NCBI GenBank assembly: GCA_046754225.1
Contig: JBHHVI010000001.1
Location: 5,776-69,775, forward strand
Direction of reading: 5' to 3'
DNA: 64,000 bases
From: Thermodesulfobacteriota bacterium
Lineage (GTDB): Bacteria > Desulfobacterota > GWC2-55-46 > JADFVP01
Positions 1 to 10,185 of the stretch are shown in pieces. The first letter of the stretch is position 1. Each line of letters starts with the position of its first letter. A program made the position numbers and the translations under genes. Under the pieces are notes generated by a model that was not told the origin of the DNA, ran no database searches, and saw nothing but the letters and a program-made list of their open reading frames with translations.

Positions 1-465
1 GACACGCTGGCCCAGAAACTGGGCATCGGATACGACAAGCATCAGTTTTACAACGAATACCATCCCAAGTTGAAGCCGGTGGAGACGGTAACGGCGGGCA
101 TATACCTCGCCGGCACCTGCATGGGGCCCATGGATATACCCGAGAGCGTGGCGCAGGGCAGCGCCACGGCGAGCAAGGTCCTCGCCCTCTTCAGCGCCGA
201 CGAGATGGCGAGAGAGCCCATTACGGCCCTTGTGAACGAGCAGACCTGCAACGCCTGCTGGGACTGCGTCGTCGCCTGCCCCTACACGGCCATTGAAAAG
301 ACAGAAGTAAAGGACAGGCAGGGTAACGTCATAAGGATGCTCGCCCATGTGAACGAGGGGGTCTGCACGGGGTGCGGCACATGCGTCTGCGCCTGCAGGA
401 GCAAGGCCATAGACCTGAAGGGCTACACCGACGAACAGGTCTACGAGGCGTTGGCGGCCTTTTAA
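1..465 (+). CDS. hdrA: Heterodisulfide reductase subunit A (HdrA), C-terminal fragment; the 5' end is cut off by the window edge
   Basis: The reading frame is open from nt 1 (DTLAQKLGIGYDKHQF...). The C-terminus has a two-[4Fe-4S] ferredoxin domain (CNACWDCVVACP and CTGCGTCVCAC) typical of HdrA. The MvhD gene lies immediately downstream. Confidence 0.8.
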   Translation, partial: DTLAQKLGIGYDKHQFYNEYHPKLKPVETVTAGIYLAGTCMGPMDIPESVAQGSATASKVLALFSADEMAREPITALVNEQTCNACWDCVVACPYTAIEKTEVKDRQGNVIRMLAHVNEGVCTGCGTCVCACRSKAIDLKGYTDEQVYEALAAF

Positions 466-509
466 GGGGCCTGCTACGAATGCTGAATAAAAAACGGGAT
501 TAATAAAAA

Positions 510-974
510 ATGGCTACAGATAAAATAACGGAAGAAAAGGCGGCTGAGCCCGCCGAGGGCTTTGAGCCGAAGATAATGGCCTTTGTCTGCAACTGGTGCA
601 CCTATGCCGGGGCGGACCTCGCCGGGACTTCAAGGATGGAGTACAGGCCCAACGTCAGGATAGTAAAACTACCATGCACGGGGAGAATTGACCCGCTATT
701 TATTATAAAGGCCTTTGAGAACGGGGCCGACGGCGTGCTCGTGTCAGGATGCCACCCCGGGGACTGCCACTACACAGCCGGGAACTACCACGCCCGGAGG
801 CGCTGGATAGCCTTCAGGAGCTTAATGGAATTCACAGGCATAGACATGAAGAGGCTCCACTTCTCATGGATATCGGCCTCTGAGGCGATAAAATGGGTGG
901 ACCTCATAAATAACGTCACCGACGAAGTAAAGAAACTGGGGCCCTTCATGGAGTATAAGGGGCTGAGGGAATAA
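510..974 (+). CDS. mvhD: Methyl-viologen-reducing hydrogenase delta subunit-like protein (MvhD/FlxD family)
   Basis: 154 aa with the conserved Cys pattern FVCNWCTYAGADLAG...KLPCTGR...SGCHPGDCHY of MvhD. It follows hdrA. Confidence 0.8.
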   Translation: MATDKITEEKAAEPAEGFEPKIMAFVCNWCTYAGADLAGTSRMEYRPNVRIVKLPCTGRIDPLFIIKAFENGADGVLVSGCHPGDCHYTAGNYHARRRWIAFRSLMEFTGIDMKRLHFSWISASEAIKWVDLINNVTDEVKKLGPFMEYKGLRE

Positions 975-975
975 C

Positions 976-1884
976 ATGGATATGGAAGATACCTTAAGAA
1001 AAAAGGCCGCCGAACTACTCGCCTCCGGTGAGGTAAAGGTCGTAATAGGATACGGGTGGAACAGGAATAAGACTTACGTGACGCCCGTCTTCATCACAAA
1101 GCCCGAGGAAACGGGCAAACTCGTCTTCAACGCGCTTTGCGTCAACAACCTCTCCGTCTATCTTACGCGGAAGTACAAGGACATCCAGGCCATGGGAAGG
1201 CCCGCAATAGTCGCCAAGGGGTGCGACATAAAGAACATCGCAGTCCTTATCTCCGAAAGCCAGGTAAAGAGAGAGGACGTCTATATCATAGGCATGACCT
1301 GCACAGGCGTCGCATACAAGCAGGAACTCCTGAAGGGGGCCAAGGGGGAGCTCGCCCCTGAGATAATGCCCGTAAAATGCCATAACTGCGACGTACGTAA
1401 CCCCCACGTGACGGACTTCGTCGTGGGCGAGAAGGTCGACTTCACGCCTCCCGAAGAGCCCGCGGGCATGGTATTCGACAAGATAAAGGAGCTGGACAAG
1501 ATGGACACGGCCGGGCGCTGGTCCTTCTGGATGGAGGAGTTCACGAGGTGCATAAAATGCTACGCATGCAGGCAGGTCTGCTCGCTCTGCTACTGCGAGA
1601 GGTGCATCACCGAGAAGAACATGCCCCAGTGGGTGGAGACGAGCGCGCACCCCAGGGGCAACCTCTCATGGAACCTGATACGGGCCATGCATCTGGCCGG
1701 CAGATGCACATTCTGCGGGGAGTGCGAGAGGGCCTGTCCGGCCAACATAAAACTGAACCTCGTGAACCAGAAACTTGTCCTCACCGTAAAGGACGCCTTT
1801 GATTACAGTTCGGGAATGGACGAAAAGATCCACCCGCCCATGATAGTCTACAGCCCCGACGACACTGATAACTTTATAAAGTAA
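976..1884 (+). CDS. Fe-S protein of the F420-hydrogenase/dehydrogenase beta (FrhB/FlxC-like) family
   Basis: 302 aa. The C-terminus carries two ferredoxin-type clusters (CIKCYACRQVCSLCYCERC and CTFCGECERACP). It sits between MvhD and the AsrA-like gene, 1 nt after the mvhD stop. Confidence 0.5.
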   Translation: MDMEDTLRKKAAELLASGEVKVVIGYGWNRNKTYVTPVFITKPEETGKLVFNALCVNNLSVYLTRKYKDIQAMGRPAIVAKGCDIKNIAVLISESQVKREDVYIIGMTCTGVAYKQELLKGAKGELAPEIMPVKCHNCDVRNPHVTDFVVGEKVDFTPPEEPAGMVFDKIKELDKMDTAGRWSFWMEEFTRCIKCYACRQVCSLCYCERCITEKNMPQWVETSAHPRGNLSWNLIRAMHLAGRCTFCGECERACPANIKLNLVNQKLVLTVKDAFDYSSGMDEKIHPPMIVYSPDDTDNFIK

Positions 1885-1916
1885 GAGCTAACCCTTATAG
1901 AGACCTTATAGAGATA

Positions 1917-2939
1917 ATGACCGAAAAGATATTAAAGAAAGCGGATATAGATAAACTCCGCGCCTCCGTGACAGGTTCGGGGGGAGTATTTGTCGCCCCC
2001 GCCGTAAAGGCGCGCCAGGTGGTCTATAAAGAGATAACCGGCGCCGGGGATATGGCAGGGCAGTACATAATCCCCGAGAACTCCTACAAGGAGGTAGTAT
2101 TCCCGCAGACGGAGGTGGTGGCACGGTTCGCCATCAATAAGGACGGAATAGACCTCGCCGGCACTCAGCTCTCCCCGCCCGATACCGTCGTCTTCGGTGC
2201 GAGGCCCTGCGAGGCGGCGAGTCTTAAGTCCCTGAAGAGCGTCTTCACCTGGGACTTTATCGACGAGTTCTACACGAGGCGGGAAGAGAAACTCGTTGTA
2301 ATAACCATAGGCTGCGTCAAGGCCGACGAGGAGTGTTTCTGCACCACCGTGGAGCTGTCGCCTGAGACGACTGACGGGGCCGATATCTATTTGAGAGAGG
2401 ATGAAAAAGGGGATTTTTTAGCGAAAGCCGTAACCGACACGGGCAAGGCCTTCCTTGAAAAGCACGGAGACGTCTTCACCGATAAACCGAAAGCAAAAGC
2501 GAAGCTGAAGGACCTCATAATGCCCGAGAGGATAGAAGGCGTTGACCATGAGAAGATAAGCGCCTGGCTCGCCGACAAAGAGAATTACGAAGCCCCCCTC
2601 TGGGCGGAGCTTACGAGAAAATGCATAGGCTGCGGCGCCTGCACCTTCAGTTGCCCCACATGCCACTGCTTCGACATCACCGACGAGGGCGCGGCCTTCG
2701 AGGGCGAGAGGAGGAAGAACTGGGACGCGTGCCAGTTCGACCACTTTACGCTCCACGCGACGGGCCATAACCCCAGGGACGCCCAGTTCAAGAGGTGGCG
2801 GAACCGCTTCATGTGCAAATTCAACTTCTATCCCAACAAGTTCAAGTCAACGGGCTGCGTGGGCTGCGGCCGCTGCATAAGGGTCTGCCCCGTAAGGCTC
2901 GACATAACAGAGGTAATGGAAGAGATTTCAAAGGCGTAA
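1917..2939 (+). CDS. 4Fe-4S dicluster protein of the AsrA/HydB/FlxB-like family (sulfhydrogenase beta / anaerobic sulfite reductase A-like)
   Basis: 340 aa with CxxCxxCxxxCP motifs (CIGCGACTFSCPTC, CVGCGRCIRVCP). It is followed by its usual FAD/NAD partner. Confidence 0.55.
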   Translation: MTEKILKKADIDKLRASVTGSGGVFVAPAVKARQVVYKEITGAGDMAGQYIIPENSYKEVVFPQTEVVARFAINKDGIDLAGTQLSPPDTVVFGARPCEAASLKSLKSVFTWDFIDEFYTRREEKLVVITIGCVKADEECFCTTVELSPETTDGADIYLREDEKGDFLAKAVTDTGKAFLEKHGDVFTDKPKAKAKLKDLIMPERIEGVDHEKISAWLADKENYEAPLWAELTRKCIGCGACTFSCPTCHCFDITDEGAAFEGERRKNWDACQFDHFTLHATGHNPRDAQFKRWRNRFMCKFNFYPNKFKSTGCVGCGRCIRVCPVRLDITEVMEEISKA

Positions 2940-2956
2940 AGGGACGACATATTCTC

Positions 2957-3805
2957 ATGAACGTTAAGACCATGGAAAACTTATACCTGCCGAAACTCGT
3001 AACGATAGAGGACCTCTACGAAGAGACGCCCGACGTAAAGAGTTTCAGGCTCGTCTTCCATGACGAAAAACTCCGCGAGAGCTTTGATTTCAAGACCGGC
3101 CAGTTCGGACTCTACTCGGCCTTCGGCCTCGGGGAGTCTACCTTCTGCATATCATCGGCGCCCACCCGGAAGGGGTATATCCAGTGCACCTTCAGAAAGA
3201 CGGGGCGCGTCACCGGCGGACTCTTCAACCTCGGCATCGGCGACACCCTGGGCTTCAGGGGCCCCTTCGGCAACCACTTCCCCATCGAACAGTGGAAGGG
3301 CAAGGACATCGTATTCGTGGCCGGTGGCATCGGGCTGCCTCCCGTCCGCTCGGTAATATGGAACTGTCTCGACAGAAGAGAGGAGTTCGGTGAGATTACC
3401 GTTGTATACGGCGCGCGGACGGTGGCGGACCTCGTCTACAAGAACGAACTCTCCCACTGGGACGACCGTTCCGACGTAAACATCCACCAGACGGTGGACC
3501 CCGGCGGGGAGACGCCCGACTGGGGTGGCCAGGTCGGCTTCGTCCCCAAGGTCCTTGAGGAGGTGGCCCCGAAACCGGATAATACCGTGGCCGTAATATG
3601 CGGCCCCCCCATAATGATAAAGTTTTCCCTCAACGTACTTGAGGAGCTCGGCTTTTCGGATGAAAACGTATACACCACCCTTGAGAACAAAATGAAGTGC
3701 GGTGTGGGCAAGTGCGGCAGATGCAACGTGGGCGATATCTACATCTGCAAGGAAGGGCCCGTCTATACTGCGGCAGAGATAAAAAAGATGTACAACGATT
3801 TTTAG
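2957..3805 (+). CDS. FAD/NAD(P)-binding oxidoreductase with a C-terminal 2Fe-2S domain (AsrB/HydG/FlxA/PyrK-like)
   Basis: It has the ferredoxin-NADP-reductase fold motifs (RLVFHDEK..., GGIGLPPVRS) and a C-terminal CGVGKCGRCNVGDIYICKEGP motif. The start was placed at the ATG at 2957; the six-frame ORF extends back to 2795 and overlaps the upstream gene. Confidence 0.65.
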   Translation: MNVKTMENLYLPKLVTIEDLYEETPDVKSFRLVFHDEKLRESFDFKTGQFGLYSAFGLGESTFCISSAPTRKGYIQCTFRKTGRVTGGLFNLGIGDTLGFRGPFGNHFPIEQWKGKDIVFVAGGIGLPPVRSVIWNCLDRREEFGEITVVYGARTVADLVYKNELSHWDDRSDVNIHQTVDPGGETPDWGGQVGFVPKVLEEVAPKPDNTVAVICGPPIMIKFSLNVLEELGFSDENVYTTLENKMKCGVGKCGRCNVGDIYICKEGPVYTAAEIKKMYNDF

Positions 3806-3981
3806 TTTTTACGGAAAAACCGCCCCTTGGCGCCTGACAAGGCCCCTGGTAGTCAAAAGGAGCGCAGAGGCGGTCTTTTCAAAAACATATGCGCTCAAGA
3901 AAAACGTCAATAAAAGGAAATAGGGGTATATTTTTCAGGGTTTTTCATGTATCATTAGTACCCCTTCCGGCCTGAAATTCT

Positions 3982-4785
3982 ATGGAGAAGACAATGGGCG
4001 ACAGTAAAACAAAAAAAACAAAACCGTTGACCACGGGTGACAGGACCATCCCCCCCGAAGGCGCGAAGATGATAACCATCTATATAATGGGCAGGGAGTA
4101 TCAGGTCCCCGAGACGCTGACCATTATGAAGGCCATCGAATACGCCGGCTACAAGTATGTAAGGGGCTGCGGGTGCAGGGGCGGAATATGCGGCGCCTGC
4201 GCGACATTTTACCGTTTTACGGGGGACTACAGGCTTAAGACGGGGCTCGCCTGCCAGACGGTGGCCCAGCCCGACATGATAATAATGCAGCTCCCCTTCT
4301 TTCCGTCAAACAGGCCCGATTACGACCTCGAAAAAATCAAAAGCACCCCTCATGAAGAGCTGAGGAGCCTGTACCCCGAGGTCTTCAAGTGCGTGGGCTG
4401 CGGCACATGCACGAGGACCTGCCCCATGGATATAGACGTTATGGACTATATAGCCCTCATGAAGAGGGGCGATCTCAAGGGCGCGGCTCTTAAGAGTTTT
4501 GACTGCGTCCTCTGCGGGCTTTGCGCATCGAGGTGCCCGGCCCAAATTTCCCAGTTCACGGCGGCCATGTACGTAAGAAGGCTTTACGCCAAGGTGATGA
4601 CACCCGCGGCCGCGCACCTGAAGAAGCGCGTCGATGAGATTGAGGGCGGAAAATACGTGGAGTTGCTCTCGAAGCTTACCGCCATGAACCCCGATGACGT
4701 GAGAAAGCTTTATGTGGAGAGGGAAAGGGAGCCGGATATGTCCGAGCCGGGCGAATGGATGCCCGAGGACAAGGAGAATCTTTAA
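3982..4785 (+). CDS. Succinate dehydrogenase/fumarate reductase iron-sulfur subunit-like protein (2Fe-2S followed by two CxxCxxCxxxCP clusters)
   Basis: 267 aa with CGCRGGICGACA, then CVGCGTCTRTCP and CVLCGLCASRCP. An alternative start lies at 4069 (MITIY). It is paired with the flavoprotein downstream. Confidence 0.6.
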   Translation: MEKTMGDSKTKKTKPLTTGDRTIPPEGAKMITIYIMGREYQVPETLTIMKAIEYAGYKYVRGCGCRGGICGACATFYRFTGDYRLKTGLACQTVAQPDMIIMQLPFFPSNRPDYDLEKIKSTPHEELRSLYPEVFKCVGCGTCTRTCPMDIDVMDYIALMKRGDLKGAALKSFDCVLCGLCASRCPAQISQFTAAMYVRRLYAKVMTPAAAHLKKRVDEIEGGKYVELLSKLTAMNPDDVRKLYVEREREPDMSEPGEWMPEDKENL

Positions 4786-4838
4786 AGGGTCGATGATTAT
4801 CGGCATAAAAAATATTTCTTTTTAGTCAAGGAGTAAAG

Positions 4839-6488
4839 ATGAGCGGATATTCGGCTTCTTTGATGGAGCTTATAAAAAAAGTTGAGGCCACGAGGCCAGC
4901 GCGGGTTGAGCAGGCCCGAAAGGGCGAGCACTTCCCTTCCCTCACCATGGACGAAAGGCAGGACCGTCTGGGTAAATACCACCCGGACTTTAAGGAAGAG
5001 GGGCGGAGAAAGGTCCTTGTAGGGCCTAATAAAGGGAACGTCCTTCCCGAAGAGGTGGCCGGAGTGCTCGAATCGAAGTCGAGGCTCGACCCCTCGAAGA
5101 TAGACCTCTCCAAAGCGGACTATGAGACGGACGTGCTCGTAATAGGCGCGGGCGGGGCCGGAACGGCGGCGGCGCTGACGGCGGCGGAGGCGGGGCGTAA
5201 GGTTATCGTCTCGACAAAACTCCGCCACGGCGACTCGAACACGGTCATGGCCGAAGGCGGCATACAGGCGGCGGACCAGGAATGCGACTCGCCCTATTTT
5301 CACTACCTCGACGTAATCGGCGGCGGCCATTTCTCCAACCAGACGGGGCTCGTGGCGGCACTCACAAACGACGCCCCTCTTATAATACACTGGCTCGAGG
5401 GTCTCGGCATGATGTTCGACAAGCACCCCGGCGGCCGCATGAGGGTGCGTCACGGCGGGGGCACTTCAAGGAAGAGGATGCACTCATCGGGGGATATGAC
5501 GGGGGCCGAGATAATGAGGGTCTTGAGGGACGAGGCCCGTAACAGGACCGAAGGGATAAAGATACTCGAGTTCACCCCGGCCGTGGAACTCCTCCTCGAC
5601 GAAAAGGGGCGCGTAGCCGGAGCCGTACTCTACAACCTGGAGACGAAGGAATATTATATTGTAAAGGCCGGGTCCGTGATAATCGCCACAGGGGGCTTCG
5701 GCAGGCTCCACATCCAGGGTTTCCCCACTACAAACCATTACGGCGCCACCGCTGACGGTGTCGTCATAGCCTACAGGGCCGGGGCGAAACTTTCCGACAT
5801 GGACTCCACACAGTACCACCCCACGGGCGCGGTATTCCCCGAGCAGAACGTGGGGCTCCTTATTACGGAGAAGGTCAGGGGCCTCGGCGCCCAGCTTGTG
5901 AACATTAAGGGCGAGCAGTTCTGCTTCCCCCTTGAGCCGAGGGACGTGGAATCGTCGTGCATCATAAGGGAATGCCTCGATGTGGGTTCAGGCGTAATGA
6001 CGCCCACGGGGCGCTACGGCGTCTGGCTTGACTCGCCCATGATTGACCTCCTCCACGGCGAGGGTACGGTGAGGAGTGAACTCCCGGCGAAATACATACA
6101 GTTCAAACGTTACAACATCGACATAACGAGGCTCCCCATGCTCATCTATCCCACCCTCCATTACCAGAACGGCGGGCTCGGTATCGACGACACGGGCAGG
6201 GCGGACGTAGAGGGGCTCTTCGCCGCCGGAGAGGTGGCGGGGGGAGTGCACGGCAGGAACCGCCTCATGGGCAACTCGCTCCTCGACATACTCGTCTTCG
6301 GAAGGAGGGCCGGAAGGGCAGCGGCCGAATACGCCGCCGGGACAAAACCCGGCAAAAGACTTTCACTCAGCCACGTCGAGGCCTTCGATAAGGAGCTCCG
6401 CAAGGCCGGCATTAAAGGAGCCCAGGCCGGCCCCGTGCTCCTGCCGGACTACTCCCCCGAGCATGTCGCTACGAGACAGTGGGACTGA
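4839..6488 (+). CDS. FAD-dependent flavoprotein of the fumarate reductase/succinate dehydrogenase/AprA/NadB superfamily (anchor-less, probably soluble)
   Basis: The FAD dinucleotide motif VLVIGAGGAGTAAAL is present, with RHGDSNTVMAEGGIQAA near the position of the covalent-FAD His loop, and a conserved C-terminal GEVAGGVHGRNRLMGNSLLD. An AAGGAG ribosome-binding site sits 9 nt before the ATG. Confidence 0.7.
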   Translation: MSGYSASLMELIKKVEATRPARVEQARKGEHFPSLTMDERQDRLGKYHPDFKEEGRRKVLVGPNKGNVLPEEVAGVLESKSRLDPSKIDLSKADYETDVLVIGAGGAGTAAALTAAEAGRKVIVSTKLRHGDSNTVMAEGGIQAADQECDSPYFHYLDVIGGGHFSNQTGLVAALTNDAPLIIHWLEGLGMMFDKHPGGRMRVRHGGGTSRKRMHSSGDMTGAEIMRVLRDEARNRTEGIKILEFTPAVELLLDEKGRVAGAVLYNLETKEYYIVKAGSVIIATGGFGRLHIQGFPTTNHYGATADGVVIAYRAGAKLSDMDSTQYHPTGAVFPEQNVGLLITEKVRGLGAQLVNIKGEQFCFPLEPRDVESSCIIRECLDVGSGVMTPTGRYGVWLDSPMIDLLHGEGTVRSELPAKYIQFKRYNIDITRLPMLIYPTLHYQNGGLGIDDTGRADVEGLFAAGEVAGGVHGRNRLMGNSLLDILVFGRRAGRAAAEYAAGTKPGKRLSLSHVEAFDKELRKAGIKGAQAGPVLLPDYSPEHVATRQWD

Positions 6489-6544
6489 AGAAGCCATGTT
6501 ACGTGATCCGTAAAATTGGCAAAAATCTTTAAAGGGGATTATTT

Positions 6545-7714
6545 ATGAACATCCACGAGTATCAGGCGAAGGAGATTCTCGCGAGGTTCGGCGTACCTGT
6601 ACCGAAAGGCCGTATCGCCTTCACCCCCGCCGAGGCCGAAGAGGCGTCAAGGGAATTTTTTGAAGAAGGGACAAGCGGCGTATGCGTGGTCAAGGCCCAG
6701 ATACACGCCGGAGGAAGGGGCAAGGCCGGTGGAGTAAAACTCGCCAAGTCGCGTGAGGAGGCCGCAGGCTTCGCAAAGGAAATCCTCGGCGCCACCCTCG
6801 TCACGCACCAGACCGGACCGGCCGGAAAAGAGGTTAAAAAGGTCCTCATAGAGCAAGGGTGCCGCATAAAAAAAGAGTTTTACCTGAGCCTTGTCGTTGA
6901 CAGGTCCACTGACAGGGTTACCGTAATGGCCTCAAGGGAGGGCGGCGTCGAGATAGAAGAGGTGGCGGCCCGGAGCCCTGAAAAGATATTAAAGGAATCA
7001 ATCGACCCGGCCACGGGGCTCATACCATTTCAGGGAAGAAAAATAGCCTTCGCCCTGGGACTCGACAAGAAGGCCGTGGGCAAGGCCGTCAAACTCATCT
7101 CGGGACTTTATAATGCCTTTGTGGAGAGCGACTGCTCGCTCCTTGAGATAAACCCCCTCGTCCTCACCGAAGAGGGGGACCTCCTCGCCATCGACGCGAA
7201 GATTTCGCTCGACGACAGCGCCCTCTTCAGGCACAAGGATATCGAGGGCATGCGTGACCTCGACGAGGAGGACCCGGGCGAGATAGAGGCCTCGAGACAC
7301 GGCCTGAACTACGTATCCCTTGACGGGCATATCGGCTGCATGGTAAACGGCGCCGGCCTCGCCATGGCCACCATGGACATAATAAAACTCTACGGAGGAA
7401 ACCCTGCCAACTTCCTCGACGTGGGAGGAGGCGCCACGAAGGAGCAGGTCACGGCCGCCTTCAAGATACTCGTGGCCGACCCCCGCGTTAAATGCATCTT
7501 CGTAAACATATTCGGAGGCATAATGCGCTGCGACATAATAGCCGAGGGCATTGCGGCGGCGGCGAAGGAAGTGGGGCTAAGCGTCCCCCTCGTAGTGAGA
7601 CTACAGGGCACCAATGTGGAAAAGGGCAGAGAGATATTGTCGAATTCGGGCATCGACATCATCACGGCCGAGCATATGGACGAGGCGGCTGAAAAGGCAG
7701 TGGCGGCGGGTTAG
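6545..7714 (+). CDS. sucC: Succinyl-CoA synthetase beta subunit
   Basis: [22 protein letters not shown]..., the ATP-grasp N-terminus typical of SucC. It is followed by sucD. Confidence 0.9.
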   Translation: MNIHEYQAKEILARFGVPVPKGRIAFTPAEAEEASREFFEEGTSGVCVVKAQIHAGGRGKAGGVKLAKSREEAAGFAKEILGATLVTHQTGPAGKEVKKVLIEQGCRIKKEFYLSLVVDRSTDRVTVMASREGGVEIEEVAARSPEKILKESIDPATGLIPFQGRKIAFALGLDKKAVGKAVKLISGLYNAFVESDCSLLEINPLVLTEEGDLLAIDAKISLDDSALFRHKDIEGMRDLDEEDPGEIEASRHGLNYVSLDGHIGCMVNGAGLAMATMDIIKLYGGNPANFLDVGGGATKEQVTAAFKILVADPRVKCIFVNIFGGIMRCDIIAEGIAAAAKEVGLSVPLVVRLQGTNVEKGREILSNSGIDIITAEHMDEAAEKAVAAG

Positions 7715-7753
7715 TTTTTTAATATCGAACTGAAAAAAGCGGAGCATTTTATA

Positions 7754-8629
7754 ATGAGCATTCTCGTAAATCAGGACACAAAGGTAATCTGTCAGGGCAT
7801 CACCGGCGAACAGGGCACGTTCCATACCCGCCAGATGGTGGAATACGGCACCAATATGGTGGGGGGCGTAACTCCGGGCAAGGGCGGCGTCGAGGTGGAC
7901 GGCATACCGGTCTTCAACACGGTGGACGAGGCGGTCAGGAAGACGGGCGCCGACGCCACTGTAATATATGTGCCGGCCCCCTTCGCCGCCGACGCCGTAA
8001 TGGAGGCCGTAGACGCCGGCGTACGTCTCGTTATCTGCATAACCGAGGGCATACCCGTGGTGGACATGGTTAAGGTCAAGAGGTTCATGGACGGCACGCT
8101 CTCAAGGCTTGTGGGGCCGAATTGTCCCGGCGTGATAACCCCGGGCGAGTGTAAAATAGGCATTATGCCCGGCCACATCCACAAAAAGGGCAAGGTGGGG
8201 GTCGTGTCAAGGAGCGGCACCCTCACCTACGAGGCCGTAGACCAGCTCACAAGAACGGGGCTCGGTCAATCCACCTGCGTGGGCATAGGCGGAGACCCGG
8301 TGAACGGAACGAATTTTATAGACGTACTTGAGATGTTTGAAAAGGACGCCGATACCGAGGCCGTTGTGATGATAGGGGAGATCGGCGGCACCGCCGAGGA
8401 AGAGGCGTCTGTATTCATAAAAGAAAATATGACGAAACCCGTCGTCGGGTATATAGCGGGCGTTACCGCCCCGAAGGGAAAGAGGATGGGACACGCCGGG
8501 GCTATAATATCCGGCGGGAAGGGCACGGCGGCGGAAAAGATGGCCGCTATGGAGGAGGCAGGCATCAGCGTCACGAAAAGCCCGGCGGATATAGGCAAGA
8601 CCATAGTTGAAGTCCTTAAAAAAGTCTAA
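7754..8629 (+). CDS. sucD: Succinyl-CoA synthetase alpha subunit
   Basis: [24 protein letters not shown]..., a CoA-binding domain with the conserved phosphohistidine region. Confidence 0.9.
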   Translation: MSILVNQDTKVICQGITGEQGTFHTRQMVEYGTNMVGGVTPGKGGVEVDGIPVFNTVDEAVRKTGADATVIYVPAPFAADAVMEAVDAGVRLVICITEGIPVVDMVKVKRFMDGTLSRLVGPNCPGVITPGECKIGIMPGHIHKKGKVGVVSRSGTLTYEAVDQLTRTGLGQSTCVGIGGDPVNGTNFIDVLEMFEKDADTEAVVMIGEIGGTAEEEASVFIKENMTKPVVGYIAGVTAPKGKRMGHAGAIISGGKGTAAEKMAAMEEAGISVTKSPADIGKTIVEVLKKV

Positions 8630-8645
8630 TTTCGCTCATTAGCGG

Positions 8646-8674
8646 TTGACGCGCGCCGGGGTTCGTGATAAAAA
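8646..8674 (+). promoter_or_regulatory. Candidate sigma70-type promoter (TTGACG-N17-TAAAAA) upstream of korD
   Basis: Hexamers were read by eye in the sucD-korD intergenic region. The -10 hexamer is weak. Confidence 0.25.
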
Positions 8675-8764
8675 AGAAATTCGCAAAAATATCGATTTAA
8701 GCAAAAAAAGCGGCCTGTTATAATAAAAAAACTCACCAGCCAAACATTACGGGGTTATGGGGTC

Positions 8765-8971
8765 ATGATGGTAGAAGCGGCGAAAAAACTTCCAAACATA
8801 GTAATAAACGAAAAGTTCTGTAAGGGATGCAGTATCTGTGTGGACTTCTGCCCCACCAACGTACTTGAGATGAAGGGTTCCATATGCGCTGTAAAGGACC
8901 TTGATGCCTGCACAAGATGCCAGCTCTGCGATCTCCGCTGTCCGGACTTCGCCATCCAGGTATTTGATTGA
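8765..8971 (+). CDS. korD: 2-oxoglutarate:ferredoxin oxidoreductase delta subunit (2x[4Fe-4S] ferredoxin)
   Basis: 68 aa with CKGCSICVDFCP and CTRCQLCDLRCP. It immediately precedes korA. Confidence 0.75.
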   Translation: MMVEAAKKLPNIVINEKFCKGCSICVDFCPTNVLEMKGSICAVKDLDACTRCQLCDLRCPDFAIQVFD

Positions 8972-9022
8972 TCTTTAATGACAGAGCCTTACCATTACCA
9001 TTCTTGAGGGGTTTAAGAAAAC

Positions 9023-10159
9023 ATGTCAAAAAAAAGAATGAAAAAACTTTTGCAGGGCAACGAGGCCTGCGCCGAAGGGGCGCTTTACGCCGGTTGCAAG
9101 TTCTTTGCCGGTTACCCCATAACACCTTCCACTGAAATAGCCGAGATTATGAGCGTAAGGCTTCCCAAGGTGGGCGGCAAGTTCATACAGATGGAGGACG
9201 AGATAGCATCGTTAGGTGCGGTCCTCGGGGCCTCACTTGCCGGAAAAAAGAGCCTCACCGCCACTTCCGGGCCGGGCTTGTCACTCAAGCAGGAGGCCCT
9301 GGGCTACGGATGTATAGCCGAGATACCCTGTGTCATAGTTGATGTCATGAGGGGCGGCCCTTCGACGGGATACCCCACGGGGCCTTCCCAGTCCGACATT
9401 ATGCAGGCCAAGTGGGGCACCCACGGAGACCACCCGGCGGTGGCCATAACACCGGCCTACGTTCAGGAGATACTTACCGAGACTATAAGGGCCTTTAATA
9501 TAGCGGAAAAATACAGAACCCCCGTCATCATTCTTTACGACGAGGTGGTGGGGCACATGAGGGAGCCCATAGAGATACCCGAGCCCGGAGACTACGAGGT
9601 CGTAGACAGGGCCAGGCCCGATTGCTCACCCGAAGATTACCTCCCTTACGACGAAAAATACCTCGTCCCCCCGCTCGCCCCCTTCGGTGAAGGGTACCGT
9701 TTCCATGTGACCGGACTCAACCATAAGGCCGACGGGTTCCCCGTCAACGACTCCAATGTCATAGACGCGAACAACCGCAAAATCATGAGAAAGATCGATG
9801 ACAACATCGACGATATCGCCAAGAACGAAGAGATCTGTCTCGATGACGCCGAGATCGTTGTATTCACCGTAGGCTCCACTTCAAGGTCTGCGCGCTACGC
9901 CGTGAACGCCGCGAGGGAGAAGGGCATAAAAGCGGGCCTCCTGAGGCCGCTCACCATATGGCCCTTCCCTGACAGGATTGTGGGCGAACTGGCGAAGAGG
10001 GTAAAGGCCTTCATAGTGCCGGAGATGAACCTCGGGCAGATGGTCCTCGAAGTAAAGCGCGCCTCAGAGGGCGCCTGCGCGGTAGAGGGGATACACCGCG
10101 TGGACGGTGAGATGATAAACCCCGCGCAGATTCTTGACGTCATAAATAAATACACCTAA
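9023..10159 (+). CDS. korA: 2-oxoacid:ferredoxin oxidoreductase alpha subunit
   Basis: 378 aa. The N-terminus MSKKRMKKLLQGNEACAEGALYAGCKFFAGYPITPS is typical of KorA/PorA. Confidence 0.85.
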   Translation: MSKKRMKKLLQGNEACAEGALYAGCKFFAGYPITPSTEIAEIMSVRLPKVGGKFIQMEDEIASLGAVLGASLAGKKSLTATSGPGLSLKQEALGYGCIAEIPCVIVDVMRGGPSTGYPTGPSQSDIMQAKWGTHGDHPAVAITPAYVQEILTETIRAFNIAEKYRTPVIILYDEVVGHMREPIEIPEPGDYEVVDRARPDCSPEDYLPYDEKYLVPPLAPFGEGYRFHVTGLNHKADGFPVNDSNVIDANNRKIMRKIDDNIDDIAKNEEICLDDAEIVVFTVGSTSRSARYAVNAAREKGIKAGLLRPLTIWPFPDRIVGELAKRVKAFIVPEMNLGQMVLEVKRASEGACAVEGIHRVDGEMINPAQILDVINKYT

Positions 10160-10185
10160 CTAACGAAGAAAGGTCGGAGGTAATT

